64,000 bases of DNA, taken from contig CDRNVI010000012.1 of NCBI GenBank assembly GCA_977017575.1, positions 434,001-498,000 of the forward strand, in the 5' to 3' direction. Source of the stretch: Paramoeba atlantica. Its lineage: Eukaryota; Protista; Discosea. Below the pieces are notes generated by a model that had not been told where the DNA came from, made no database searches, and saw only the letters and a list, made by a program, of their open reading frames with translations. The translations under genes and the position numbers were made by a program. Below, piece by piece: positions 1-10,621 of this stretch. How positions within the stretch are numbered: position 1 is the first letter of the stretch; each line of letters starts with the position of its first letter.

Positions 1-765
1 GGGCAAATCTACGCGAGCGATGGAATCACGAAACAGTACATCCCCAGTAAATAGCAACCGTTCTGTCGGCAGGCTCAGCATCATATGCCCCGTAGAGTGC
101 CCCGGGGTGTGGATGTACTGACACGGAATGTCCCCGAGCAAAAAGAACGCATCCATTCGTCGTGAGGCACAGCCCATTAAGTAGTCGCCCTCCCCACGAC
201 GACCTGCGCTAATGTTTGGACAGGCCCGAGGGATGGGCATTTGCACCTCGGCCATGTCATAGCGTCGGTACCGTTGACACACCTGGGTCCATTTCTCCAT
301 CCATACCCCATCGACGGGGTTGTACGCGAAACGGGTATCCTGGCGATTCTTATCCCGAAGGTAGCAGAAAGGGTGAAGCCCGATGACGTTATCGATGTGA
401 AGATGGGTGAAGAAAATAAATTTAAGCTCGTAGGCGGCGTTGTCCATGAAGGTTACCCAGTCATCAGGCCAGTCGTCTGACATGTCGATGAGAATGCAAT
501 CGTTTTTTTGCTGCTTCTCCGGGGGTGTTTTGGTCGCGATAAGCCATTGATTGGAGCTAAAATTGTTAGCAAAGGCTCGGCGAAAAATGCGTACGTGTTT
601 GGATTCGTGGTGTAACAAAATGTAATGCGTGTCCAGTCGGTCCTTGCGGGGAATCCCTGGATTCCGTTCGGCTCTCTGCCATTTGAAGTGATCGATGGTC
701 TGCGCATGAGCATTCGAATTTCCAATAAAAGGAATACCGCATCGAAGAAGAGAACGGCGCAACAT
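1..765 (-). CDS. Metallo-beta-lactamase-fold protein, probably mitochondrial; 3' end runs off the window
   Basis: Not in the ORF track. Hand translation from ATG at 765 is open to position 1: MLRRSLLRCG... (presequence-like), THLHIDN (HxHxDH variant), HTPGHS, LFTGDVLFRDSIARVDLP. Confidence 0.85.
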   Translation of the reverse strand, partial: MLRRSLLRCGIPFIGNSNAHAQTIDHFKWQRAERNPGIPRKDRLDTHYILLHHESKHVRIFRRAFANNFSSNQWLIATKTPPEKQQKNDCILIDMSDDWPDDWVTFMDNAAYELKFIFFTHLHIDNVIGLHPFCYLRDKNRQDTRFAYNPVDGVWMEKWTQVCQRYRRYDMAEVQMPIPRACPNISAGRRGEGDYLMGCASRRMDAFFLLGDIPCQYIHTPGHSTGHMMLSLPTERLLFTGDVLFRDSIARVDLP

Positions 766-958
766 CAGTTAGATCAGATTCATCCGAATCTCATAACGTT
801 CATTGTAAGAAACCATAAAAAAAATTCATAAGTTGAATATGGAAAAGATTTTGCTGCGGGTTACTTTTATATATCCTATTTCACAAACATCACTGTTGAA
901 ATGGAACGTCTAGCTAAATTAACGGGGATACAATTAAATAAAGGAAAGTGAAGTAATC

Positions 959-2599
959 CTACTTCCATATCCTTATCGTCCGATCAACACTCACTGCGGC
1001 AAACTGCTTGTGCACGGAACTCCACGCAATGTCTCTGACACAAACCTTCGGCTCCGTTCGTTGCAGCACAACCTCTTTTTCCTTCGTATCCAACACAAAC
1101 ACCCCGCCCATCGCCCCCAACACCAAATACCTCCCACTATCCTCCACCCTCATCTTCCCACACTGCGCCGTGAACCGCACCTCCGGATGGGTCCACCGAA
1201 ACAGCGGAACGCTCTCCTGCCGTCTATCCCACCCCTGCACCACCCCATCCTGTCCACTGGAGTACATCCCATACTCCCGCACGGGACACAACTCCACCCC
1301 GAGCACCGCCCCTCGGTGCTGGGCAGGGGCTCCCCCCGCCTGCTCCTGCTTCGTCCTCCCCCCCGTTCGCGTATCCCACACCCGCACCCTCCCATCACTG
1401 TGCGCCGTCACCACCCCGCCCCAGGAAAACCCGGGAGGCACCGCGAGGTCGTTCACCCGGGAACCACTGGTGGCTCTCCACACCGTAGTCCCTCCCCCCG
1501 CAATATCCCACTTCCGCAGCCCCCCGTCACGGGTCGCGCTGTAGGCGTGGGAGGGGTCCCCGACCGAGGAGCCCGGACCCGCTCCCCCCGCGGCTACCGC
1601 TGCGCTCCCCCCCGAGCCCGCGACCACCGCGAGGGCGGTGATGGGGACCGCGGGGCCGGAGAGCTGGCAGCGGTACCGGCGGGAGGGGGCGTGGAGGACG
1701 ACCACGGTGCCGTCCCAGCAGCCCGCGAGCAGGACCGCGGGGGAGCACGCGAGGGCTTGGATGGCACTGGAGACGACATGGGTGGTGGTGGGGGGCGTGG
1801 GCGTTGTCGTCGCACTTCTACTCGTTGTATTCGTTAGAGTGCTACTCGTTGTACGTAGTAGAGTACTCGAGGTACGGGTCGTACTCCTTGTAGTCATAGG
1901 GGTAGTTGTAGGGATAGCTGTACGGTTCGTTGTAGGGTTCGTTGTAGGGTTCGTTGTAGGGTTCGTTGTAGGGATAGTTGTAGGGTTCGTTGTAGTTGTA
2001 GGGGGAAAGGGGGTGCAATCGTACCAACACAGGGTACGGTCGGAGCCTCCGGTGACCAGAGCGGTGTGCTGGGGGCCGGAGAACACGCAGGTGGTGAGGT
2101 CTCCGGGGGTGGGGGAGGGGGTGGAGAGGAGGAGGGTACCGGTGGGGGTGTAGGGGTCGTCGGTGGGGGTGGGGTGGGAGGAGGGGGTGGGGTGGGAGGA
2201 GGGGGTGGGGTAGGAGAGGGTGGTATGGGAGGGTGGGTTTTGGGACTCCAGTTCGGTGATACGGCATTGGAGTTTGGTGTTGGCGTCCTCGAGGTGGGCG
2301 ACGCGGAGGAGGGCGTCGGTGTAGGCATCAGGTTGGATTCCGTCTTTTGTGGTTGGTGAGTCTGGGACATCCATTTTTTCTTTGAGTAAGTCGTATTCTT
2401 TGTGCCAGATCGTAGCTGAATCGCTGAACAATTCGTTTTGTCGTGTGAGGTGTGCTAACGATCTGTCGAAAGAATCGATTTGCTCCCTCATTGTAACAAT
2501 GCGTTGTTCGATTACGTCCACATTAGATCTCCAATCGGCAATTAATGCTTTTAGGGCCCGTTGGTCAATTTCGTCGTTCTGTGTGCCTTTTGTGCTCAT
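959..2599 (-). CDS. Coiled-coil + WD40 protein, ATG16-like
   Basis: N-terminal coiled coil, P/T-rich linker, C-terminal WD40 repeats (VRVWDTRTG, SSGQDGVVQGWD, VRDIAWS...DRTIRIWK). The ORF extends to 2767; ATG at 2599 (MSTKG) is the more likely start. Confidence 0.65.
   Translation of the reverse strand: MSTKGTQNDEIDQRALKALIADWRSNVDVIEQRIVTMREQIDSFDRSLAHLTRQNELFSDSATIWHKEYDLLKEKMDVPDSPTTKDGIQPDAYTDALLRVAHLEDANTKLQCRITELESQNPPSHTTLSYPTPSSHPTPSSHPTPTDDPYTPTGTLLLSTPSPTPGDLTTCVFSGPQHTALVTGGSDRTLCWYDCTPFPPTTTTNPTTIPTTNPTTNPTTNPTTNRTAIPTTTPMTTRSTTRTSSTLLRTTSSTLTNTTSRSATTTPTPPTTTHVVSSAIQALACSPAVLLAGCWDGTVVVLHAPSRRYRCQLSGPAVPITALAVVAGSGGSAAVAAGGAGPGSSVGDPSHAYSATRDGGLRKWDIAGGGTTVWRATSGSRVNDLAVPPGFSWGGVVTAHSDGRVRVWDTRTGGRTKQEQAGGAPAQHRGAVLGVELCPVREYGMYSSGQDGVVQGWDRRQESVPLFRWTHPEVRFTAQCGKMRVEDSGRYLVLGAMGGVFVLDTKEKEVVLQRTEPKVCVRDIAWSSVHKQFAAVSVDRTIRIWK
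1080..2340. other. GC-rich skew-flip island A (C/A-rich then G/T-rich on +; switch near 1630)
   Basis: Direct inspection of base composition; lies inside the ATG16-like CDS. Confidence 0.8.
1901..2000. repeat. 12-bp coding tandem repeat (gttcgttgtagg)n encoding TNPT repeats
   Basis: Four exact copies at 1925-1972 plus degenerate flanking copies. Confidence 0.9.
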
Positions 2600-3226
2600 C
2601 AAATTCACGTCTCCTCCTATTGTTCTATTCGTACCGGAAAATTGCATGCTTGTGATTAACATCAAAATTGTACACTTGTTTACTTCAAGAGCAATGTTGT
2701 TTTTATGGTTTTCTAAGATTATCTGAGAACTTCTCAGATAATCTGACAGCTTCTCAGTGAGAAGCATGATGTCTTAGATATCATGCTGAAAGGTGAAGAA
2801 AAATATGGAATTAAAATATTTACAGAAAGGGTCTATCGTACGCTAGTAAGCACGTGATATCGGTTCACCCTGATTTATCTATTTTAGATTATGGACGTTC
2901 TTTCAAAGAGGATAAGTCAAGGGGCTAGAATTAGTTTTCTTCCCTCACTTATCTTCATCAGGGAGTTTCATGAGGCCTTCCCCATGGCCTCAGAATAAAG
3001 TCTCGAAAAACTACCGAGCAAGGAAGTCTCTCATTCGGATAAAGGTTCCACCCTTGGGATTTCGGCTCGACTGTCATGAGTTTCCCATGAAGAAGGTTCA
3101 TTAGAGAGTGATAGTTGTCCACTAAAGAAAAAGGACATGGCGTAGCGATAGTGGATACTAGATAGATGTACTGATTGTTATAACACGGTGTATAGCACGG
3201 TTGTCTCTAGAACACTTAAAAAAAGT

Positions 3227-6200
3227 TCAAATTGAATGGTCAGGTGGCAAATATTGTTTAGGTGCAACATTTTGTCTAGTCTTCGTTTGGTGTTTCCGAA
3301 AGTTTTCTGACTTACCCATTCGTCTTCTTTGCTTTTGGTCCTGCACAGCTCTCAACCTTCTCACTCGCTCTTCTGTAACTGGGCGATAGCTTGCGCGTTC
3401 CGTGTCGGAAGTGCTTCCTGTCCTCTTTTGAGCATCATAAAATGCTTGTATGCTAGCAGCTGTGGTATGGGTCATATCTGAAGCTGATCGACCAAAGCGT
3501 AATAAAGGTTCCTCCGGCACTTCAAGCTGGCCTCTTTGGTACATTTCTTTGAAACGCTGCAGGTAGTCGTATTTCCGATTTTTATGGCCGGCAACAGATC
3601 GTGCTCCTATACCGTGCCGAGAGGCGAAGGCAAGTGTCTCAGTTTTGTGTGTCCGCAAGGTTTCGATAACATCCCTTGATTGGCTACTTTCCTCCTTTGC
3701 AATTTGCTTGGCCAACACCGACTCCGTATAAAGCTCTTTCTGTGCGGCGTACATTACCGGCGACATTGGTTGGGGCGAATCCGTGGTGACTGCATCCGAT
3801 CTATTGTTCTCAGAAGACACCAGTGTATCGGCACTTTGCATTGCATTCTCCATATCTTCATCATCCATATAAGGAGCCAGTGGATTGGTTCTGTCTTTCA
3901 CCCAGACAAGCTCGCCTGCGTGCGGCAAGGAAGTACTGTGTTCCGCTACAGGCTTGCGACTGCCATCTTCATACACTTCATGAGGGAAAGCTTTGGCATC
4001 AGCAAGTTCAGAGGGTGTTTTTGCGTTTGTACTGTCGATTTCTATTTGCTCTGGTATTGTTCGCTTGGTCATGCCAACAGGCGCAAATGGGGTACTTTGT
4101 AATAGTGATGTTTCACCACGAGAGACCGCCAATGCCGCGTATTTTTTTAGCAAATTTCTTTCTCTCCATAACGTTGTATCCCACCCGAAGGCACCCAAGC
4201 GTTTTTCTGGATAGACATATCCAGATTCATCAATAGCCCATAGTGCCCCGGCAGGTTCGCTACCATCTGCTCGAAGTATTGGAAGAAGTTTGTTACGATC
4301 TCGTGGGTTTGGGATGTCTTCCGGTTTCTTAAATTTCGAAATGATCCCAAGCTTTGCTAATGCTTGATTTTTTTCTTCAAAGGATTCGCCTCGCGGGGTT
4401 CCATCATCGGATGGGCTATCAAATAACTTATGCTTCGTTAACGTATTGCTTTTCCATTTTTCCCAGTACTCTATCGGAGTATCCATCGGTGGCACGGGAT
4501 CCAAGGAAGGGAGATTTTGCTCAGCATCAAATTTTCTAAGCTCCTTGTTAGACTGTTCCGTACTGCTGTCAAGAGGTCTCCGAAGATCATCTTTACAATG
4601 AAGCAAAGGATTTGTTGGATCGTAAACGACATCAGGGTCAACGTCATCGGGCGTTCCTTGTGTTCTATAATCTCCTCTAAAATTGGTTTGTTCCACGTCT
4701 CTAAGACCACGAAAACTCGGATGAATGTCACTTGAACTCTTTTCTTTTTGTGCATTCAACGAGTTTTCATTTTGATGATCCAACGGAATTTCATGCTCTG
4801 CAGTACCTGAACCGTGCCGCTCTTCGTACTCTTCACGAGCCTGTTCCATTCTTCGGGAGCGTCTTCTCATATCTCTTGTATACGCAGCTTCCTCTGAGAT
4901 ATTTCGAATCCTTCGAAGAAGAGCAACAGTAGATGGATACCCTACCTTTTCCATTGCATCGAGGTAAGAGAGCGCGCGGGTTGTGCTGCCCTCCTCTCCA
5001 GATCGCAAATGCAGAAGAATCATATTTACATAGGCGGACTTGGGCAAAATCTTTTTTGGACCAACACCACCAGAAAGTGCTAGCTCTGCAAATACACTCT
5101 CAGCTCTGGCAACCTCACCTTTGCATAATGATAAAAATTTTAAATACGCAACGTAAGCCTGAGCTGGCTTCTCAGTGATGTTGTAATCGTTGAAGCTATG
5201 TGTCCATATTCTCATTCCTTTGTTGGACCACTCCTGAAAAAGTGTTAAATCATGGGCATAGTGTTCACCTATCATATGGATGATGCTGGCGTAAATGTGT
5301 AGCAAAGAACTAAGTGCACGGGATATCCAATGGGAAGTAAAACTGTCCTTCGATTTTAGTTTCATGGCTACAGCCAGATCAGAAGTTGTCTCATCTCCTG
5401 CTTTCACCAGTTTATCAGCTACCTTAGAACGCGTGTGTATCAAGGCAAGTACACCCAGACAGGTTGTTTCTGCCTCCTTCCACAACCCGTTCTTTGGATG
5501 AGCATTCTCTGCCTTAAAATTCTCATACTCAGCTTTTCGGATGGCATGACTATAGGCCGTAAGCACTGTAAGAAGGTGTTGAACTTGAAATTTATGCCCA
5601 TTCTCTTGCAATTTTGCAAATAACTTTCTCAACGCTGACAAGTCACCACGATTTGCGCTCCCACACATCATGTAGAAAAACGTTTGATTGGACCACTCAA
5701 AACCCAAGATCTCCATTTTTCTTCCGTACTCGACCAGTAGAGCATGGTCCTTAGGTTGGCGTTGCAGTGCATAAAGCACTGCATCGAAACATTGACGTAG
5801 AGGCATCATATTATACGCAGATTGCATGTGCTCGAACAACTCAACACACTTCATTACGCTGCTTTCCTTTGTTATATCGCGTGCATGAGCCCATAGCACA
5901 GCAGCAAAAGTTGCTTCGTCGGGTTCCAAGTTTGCCAACTCTCTCATGTGATCGTAAACCTGTATTGCGCTGGAGCAATCATGCGCCTGTACGAATCCGT
6001 GAATAAGAATCGTCCAGGTCACACGATCTGGTGTCACGCCTTTCGATTTGGCTTCTTCTACTAAAGACATGCATTCATTGACTAGACCTTGATTAGCGTA
6101 CATTGCTATAATAGCATTGTATGATATGATATTCTGGCCGCCCAGTCCCAGGGCCTTGGCTAGATCAAAAAGTGTTGCGGCGGCTTTATAGTTTCCGTAA

Positions 6201-6832
6201 ATGCCAAGAGCCCGTATTGCGCTTTTGATACCTTCCGGATCATAACTTAGTCCAAGATCATTAGCCATTAGGACAGCAAGCTCTTTGGAGCGCGCTGTGA
6301 TGGGGGCGTTAAAATCTAAGTATGCGACAGGCATTCCATCCTCTGCTAACGGTTCGCTAGGCAGAAGAGACGCGTTTGTAGTAAATTGCGCCGATAATTT
6401 ATTTGAGGAAGCTGGAGTTGAATTACCGTGTGTAACATCCTTAGATTCTTCATTCTGATCGCAGTTCTTCACATTTTTAGTCGAATCACTCGACGGCAGT
6501 AAAGGATATACTGAAATCTTATCTTTTCCGAGAACATAGGGAGGATCATTTTGTATTTCTGAACAAAAATCAGCTAGTCTACGTAACCCGCTCTTGCAAT
6601 TCTTTACGACGTTACGACTTTCGCCGCACGTATCGTCTTCCAGGGGGTACTGCCAGGCATATGCCCAGCGTTCGATCATATCATCCCATTTTTCTGTCTT
6701 TGGCGGGCGATAATCGGCCGGAAGCAAAGATTTTCGATAGAGTTGGAGCTCAAGTTCTTTTACAGAGGGCCCAAGAGCAGTGCGACCGCGAAGCGCGATG
6801 TGCTTTACCGCTTTAGCGTACGTAGAAGGCAT
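3227..6832 (-). CDS. Pentatricopeptide-repeat (PPR) protein, probably a mitochondrial RNA-binding or mitoribosome-associated factor
   Basis: 1201 aa with PPR motifs (IISYNAIIAMYANQG...GVTPDRVTWTILIHGF...LEPDEATFAAVL). Confidence 0.85.
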   Translation of the reverse strand: MPSTYAKAVKHIALRGRTALGPSVKELELQLYRKSLLPADYRPPKTEKWDDMIERWAYAWQYPLEDDTCGESRNVVKNCKSGLRRLADFCSEIQNDPPYVLGKDKISVYPLLPSSDSTKNVKNCDQNEESKDVTHGNSTPASSNKLSAQFTTNASLLPSEPLAEDGMPVAYLDFNAPITARSKELAVLMANDLGLSYDPEGIKSAIRALGIYGNYKAAATLFDLAKALGLGGQNIISYNAIIAMYANQGLVNECMSLVEEAKSKGVTPDRVTWTILIHGFVQAHDCSSAIQVYDHMRELANLEPDEATFAAVLWAHARDITKESSVMKCVELFEHMQSAYNMMPLRQCFDAVLYALQRQPKDHALLVEYGRKMEILGFEWSNQTFFYMMCGSANRGDLSALRKLFAKLQENGHKFQVQHLLTVLTAYSHAIRKAEYENFKAENAHPKNGLWKEAETTCLGVLALIHTRSKVADKLVKAGDETTSDLAVAMKLKSKDSFTSHWISRALSSLLHIYASIIHMIGEHYAHDLTLFQEWSNKGMRIWTHSFNDYNITEKPAQAYVAYLKFLSLCKGEVARAESVFAELALSGGVGPKKILPKSAYVNMILLHLRSGEEGSTTRALSYLDAMEKVGYPSTVALLRRIRNISEEAAYTRDMRRRSRRMEQAREEYEERHGSGTAEHEIPLDHQNENSLNAQKEKSSSDIHPSFRGLRDVEQTNFRGDYRTQGTPDDVDPDVVYDPTNPLLHCKDDLRRPLDSSTEQSNKELRKFDAEQNLPSLDPVPPMDTPIEYWEKWKSNTLTKHKLFDSPSDDGTPRGESFEEKNQALAKLGIISKFKKPEDIPNPRDRNKLLPILRADGSEPAGALWAIDESGYVYPEKRLGAFGWDTTLWRERNLLKKYAALAVSRGETSLLQSTPFAPVGMTKRTIPEQIEIDSTNAKTPSELADAKAFPHEVYEDGSRKPVAEHSTSLPHAGELVWVKDRTNPLAPYMDDEDMENAMQSADTLVSSENNRSDAVTTDSPQPMSPVMYAAQKELYTESVLAKQIAKEESSQSRDVIETLRTHKTETLAFASRHGIGARSVAGHKNRKYDYLQRFKEMYQRGQLEVPEEPLLRFGRSASDMTHTTAASIQAFYDAQKRTGSTSDTERASYRPVTEERVRRLRAVQDQKQRRRMGKSENFRKHQTKTRQNVAPKQYLPPDHSI

Positions 6833-7292
6833 ATGTAGGGACTAATTTCGTCAAAGACGAAGTTTACGTAGGCAAAATATAGGTTTTTCAGAAGTATTTG
6901 GAATAATCTTCAGAAGTGTTAATATTTCTCAAAGTGTTTTATCAGTCCTCTAGCTAGCCTTATTTGCATAATATTACTATTGAAGTACATCCGAAAATCG
7001 CATGTTTTCTATTTACAGGACTTTAATGCCGTTAAGTTCTACATGTGTATTTCGTTAATCTAGAAATTTTCTAGGTTGGGATCCTCCTATAAGCCTTATT
7101 AAGGTCTACCACGTACTATACAGTGCAGTATAAAGTCCACGAAGCTTCTACAAGAATCCTTAGAACAATAGTAAACCCCTCACATACTGCGCATTATCTA
7201 GTAAGACTTTTTCTAAACTTGGGAAAACTCCCAAGGGATTGTTCGATCACGTTCCATAAAACCAGTAGAAGACAAGGAACAACGCCATAGCA

Positions 7293-7937
7293 TTATTGTG
7301 AGGCATCTGAACTTTTTTCCGACGTCACATCGTCCATGCGCGCATCTACACATTTACGAAAGGCATCGACGATTGGAGCGCACTTCACGATTTCTTCTTT
7401 GTCATAAACATTTCCCTTTTTCGATTCCCTAAAACATTTTTGGATAGCCACTTCCTCGTCTTGACAGAAAGGTTCGTGATACTGTTTTTCAAAAGACCCA
7501 TCTCGCACAACGTCATGCAAAAGGTCTTGAATGAGATTCGATTCGTTCTCAATGTTCATGAGAATTTTTTCCGAATCAGTTAATTCTCTATTTCCTGATT
7601 TCAGCGCCCCCGAAGTGCAAGAATTCTTTTCTTGAGCAAAAGCTTTCGGCAACTCGAAAAATGATCCAATAAGCCGAGCTACGCTTCCTACTTCTTTTGT
7701 AATTGTGTCTTGGGCTAACTTTAATGTGGTTTGAAGAGTTCTCGCACCTTGCACTTCTTGAGTTTTACCTGGAAGGAGCTCGGGATAATGCCGCAGACCT
7801 TTCGGAAACACATGCTCTTTGGACGCCAGACCCAAATTCACCAGTAGAAGTCCCACTTTTATTTGATCTTCGTGCTCTTTTCGAATATCATCCAGCATTC
7901 GAGAACTGGAAGGATGATTCCAATTTGCACTTTCCAT
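7293..7937 (-). CDS. CHCH (twin CX9C) domain protein
   Basis: C-terminal CQDEEVAIQKC ... CAPIVDAFRKC twin CX9C motif. Confidence 0.7.
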   Translation of the reverse strand: MESANWNHPSSSRMLDDIRKEHEDQIKVGLLLVNLGLASKEHVFPKGLRHYPELLPGKTQEVQGARTLQTTLKLAQDTITKEVGSVARLIGSFFELPKAFAQEKNSCTSGALKSGNRELTDSEKILMNIENESNLIQDLLHDVVRDGSFEKQYHEPFCQDEEVAIQKCFRESKKGNVYDKEEIVKCAPIVDAFRKCVDARMDDVTSEKSSDASQ

Positions 7938-8180
7938 TTAAAAAGTAGTATTTTCCTTTTCGTTCGAATAATCCCTGACGTTAAGTTAAACATTTCCGAA
8001 ACTAATGTCTTCCGTTTTAAGTGACGCCTGTAATTCCTCACTACATTAAATTAATGAAGATTGTTAATACAATGTACCATACTTTCTACTCATAAAAAGA
8101 AAGTATAGCCTCGATATTTTTTAAGGAATCGCTCTAGCTTGATATCTTGGGAATTGACAAATTTTTACCAGCATTGCGGT

Positions 8181-8266
8181 ACTACAATGTATATCCCGGG
8201 AACGTATATCAAATCAAACGTATACAATGTATATCCCGGGAATGTATACAATGTATATCCTGGGAC
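8181..8266. repeat. Short degenerate direct repeat (tacaatgtatatcccgggaa) x3, intergenic
   Basis: Copies start near 8182, 8223 and 8246. Confidence 0.8.
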
Positions 8267-8371
8267 ACAACTTTTTGTGACTGTTGACTACAACTACAGT
8301 GTTGTAGAGAGTTATCCCTTCACGCAAAATGAAGCTGAGTGATCACTCGGTGCTCAACGCTTCATCGCAGC

Positions 8372-9469
8372 TTATTGAAGGATATCGCAGCAAACTAACG
8401 ACCCCCGTAATGTTACCCCCATGAGGAACGCATCACTAATGGACGGGGGTCCCATCCACATGTCGTCCCCGTGAACGGTACGTATAACGTCCCCGGAAGG
8501 CAAATGCCGAACGTTTGCTTCGGAATCAGTACCGGCCGTGACCACAAGCTCGGCAGAACTTACACCTTCCAGATCTGATGGAGTTTTGTACACTTTCATG
8601 CTGATACTTTCTGCGTCCCAGTGAACAAAACACGTATCGTACTTACTTATACCTCTGCAATTATGACGCGCTTGCATTTTCCGAACATCGAGACAAGTGA
8701 GAGTCCTGGAGTTTCCTACGGCATAAAAATTACATGATGGTGCATCACAAATAGATAGAAACGTCTCATTGCCACATCTTGCTCGTGAATTATCGCGGAT
8801 CTGATTGCATCTGGCCGCTGATGTCCGCTGTCGAATATCGAACAGTACTAATTCACTTCCTGTAGCCGTGACAACCACATTTGAGCAAGTTTTAGTAGCA
8901 AATAACGAGGTGGGGTATCCATCCAAAGTGATGGACCTCATGTGTGTTCCCTCGAGAGAATGTAAGCGTAATTCATGTGAAAGAGAATGCGCACTTGCAA
9001 TCGCATTCTCTCCTACACTAATACCATAATGTCCAGGAGGAAGGTGATTGTTGACTTTAGTGCCGAAACAAAAGGTAGATGTGCGCGGACTGAGAGTATC
9101 ATGTCCCTTTCGGAGGAATTTGTCGGATGTCTGGTATATAAAGGAGTCGTTCCGTCTGTTTAAATACAAGTGTCCTTTCCTGTCCACATGGTAAAAAACG
9201 TCTTTGTCGGGACCTCGATCTACATCAGTAATTAGCGAAGCATAATTTTCATTTTCGAGCACCGAAATTTGAGTACTATCGTTTTCCAGGGGACTCGGTA
9301 ACAAACACCGCTTTTCAGTGTCGTATGTTAATAAAGCAACTTCGTGTTTTTGAACAACAGCGAACACAATTCGCTGACCATCGCGTTGTAGGACGCATAT
9401 CTTTCGTCCTATACGTGAGGGAAAGCTTCCGCATACGTCAACAACGTTTGGAAACAAGGTGCATGTCAT
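8372..9469 (-). CDS. Divergent WD40/beta-propeller protein
   Basis: WD-like motifs (LVLFDIRQ, LTCLDVRK, VHWD). The track starts at a TTG (9502); first ATG is 9469. Confidence 0.6.
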   Translation of the reverse strand: MTCTLFPNVVDVCGSFPSRIGRKICVLQRDGQRIVFAVVQKHEVALLTYDTEKRCLLPSPLENDSTQISVLENENYASLITDVDRGPDKDVFYHVDRKGHLYLNRRNDSFIYQTSDKFLRKGHDTLSPRTSTFCFGTKVNNHLPPGHYGISVGENAIASAHSLSHELRLHSLEGTHMRSITLDGYPTSLFATKTCSNVVVTATGSELVLFDIRQRTSAARCNQIRDNSRARCGNETFLSICDAPSCNFYAVGNSRTLTCLDVRKMQARHNCRGISKYDTCFVHWDAESISMKVYKTPSDLEGVSSAELVVTAGTDSEANVRHLPSGDVIRTVHGDDMWMGPPSISDAFLMGVTLRGSLVCCDILQ

Positions 9470-9677
9470 ATCATAGTGTGTTTCAGCTTTAATATGCTTC
9501 AAACGTTTTCTGTATCGGCAATTTTTGTCAATAAAATTAGAAAAGAGGCTAATCTACGCTTTCTGAAGACGAATTTGTTTTATTATTTTCCCAAAGGATA
9601 CTCAAAAAGCTTCATTTTTCAGTGCTAGAGCGTATGAAGGGTAAAGTTTTGCACACAGAATTTGAAAATTTGGTTCT

Positions 9678-10379
9678 TCATTTGGCTCCTTGTATTTCCA
9701 ATTGTTTTCTCCAATTCCGAAACTCTTGTATTAATTTTAGTCTTTGGGCCCACATTTCTTGAGCCTTTGGAGACACCAGTGGGACTATCCCGGGTAACGA
9801 ACTTGAAGCCAGAGATTGAAATATCGGACGAATACTACTACAGTCAAAACCATTTCTGTGCAACAAATTGATCAGGAAAGAGGATAATTCAGAAGGATTG
9901 CGCTTTGCAATCTCTTCCACACGCGCCTGAATGCTCTTTCGTAGGTCATCATTTCGTAGTGGAAGACGATGTGTTTCGTGCAGCACAAGCAAAGCTTGAA
10001 TCTCCGAGACAGTGGCCTTGTATGAACTTTCGGTAAGAACCCCTGCTCGCTTACTCATCTCCCATGAAAGAAACGCTGGCGTCGGAGCAGACTGCAAGAT
10101 GTTTATGTTGTACGTCCAGCAAAGCCGAGGGGGTCGGGAATATGGCATGGTCGAGTGGTTCGTGCGCCATATTTGATAGCGCGTGTAAAAATGCCCTTTG
10201 TTAAATACATTCCCATACGCATGGAAGTCCGTGATATGGCCAGCTGCATGGATGCGCGACCAACCCTGATTCGACAACGTTCCGAATCCCCAGTACTGTG
10301 TATTGCTGTATGGACGGAGATCTAAATATCGTCCTCGCTCTCGGCCCACAATGTAAAATGTCTTTGAAGGTGCAAGCAT
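9678..10379 (-). CDS. Hypothetical protein (about 233 aa), possibly mitochondrial
   Basis: Long ORF co-oriented with the array; first ATG at 10379 (the track starts at a TTG). No domain recognised. Confidence 0.6.
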   Translation of the reverse strand: MLAPSKTFYIVGRERGRYLDLRPYSNTQYWGFGTLSNQGWSRIHAAGHITDFHAYGNVFNKGHFYTRYQIWRTNHSTMPYSRPPRLCWTYNINILQSAPTPAFLSWEMSKRAGVLTESSYKATVSEIQALLVLHETHRLPLRNDDLRKSIQARVEEIAKRNPSELSSFLINLLHRNGFDCSSIRPIFQSLASSSLPGIVPLVSPKAQEMWAQRLKLIQEFRNWRKQLEIQGAK

Positions 10380-10621
10380 GGATGGCAAGTAGAGGGCTTC
10401 GAAATCAAATAGTTTCCTAGTGGAGATACGTAATGTCGAAATATCACAATAAAAAGGGATTAAGAAATAAGACGAATGAAACAGTAAAAGAAATTCAACG
10501 GTTCACAAGCACGAAGAAATTTGCATTCAAATCTTTCAAATTAAATTTTGACACTTTTAGATAAAGAATGACACCTGAATTAATGTTTCATCAAAGAGAG
10601 CACAAGTTTTGGGAGTATGTG

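Noticed and set aside
453-725. 90-aa minus-strand ORF in the track
   Set aside because: It is an alternative frame of the MBL gene; the frame starting at 765 is the one carrying the MBL motifs.
1925-2000. Telomere-like gttgtaggg repeats
   Set aside because: The unit is 12 bp, in frame, and encodes TNPT; it is not TTAGGG.
1008-2370. Many overlapping P-, G- or R-rich ORFs in GC islands (also 13826-15182, 27950-28695, 39153-40114, 57359-58401, 62689-63374)
   Set aside because: They are shadow frames produced by stop-poor skewed DNA opposite or overlapping a real gene.
8181-8266. Possible CRISPR-like repeat
   Set aside because: Only three irregular copies, no unique spacers of consistent length, no cas genes, and a eukaryotic context.
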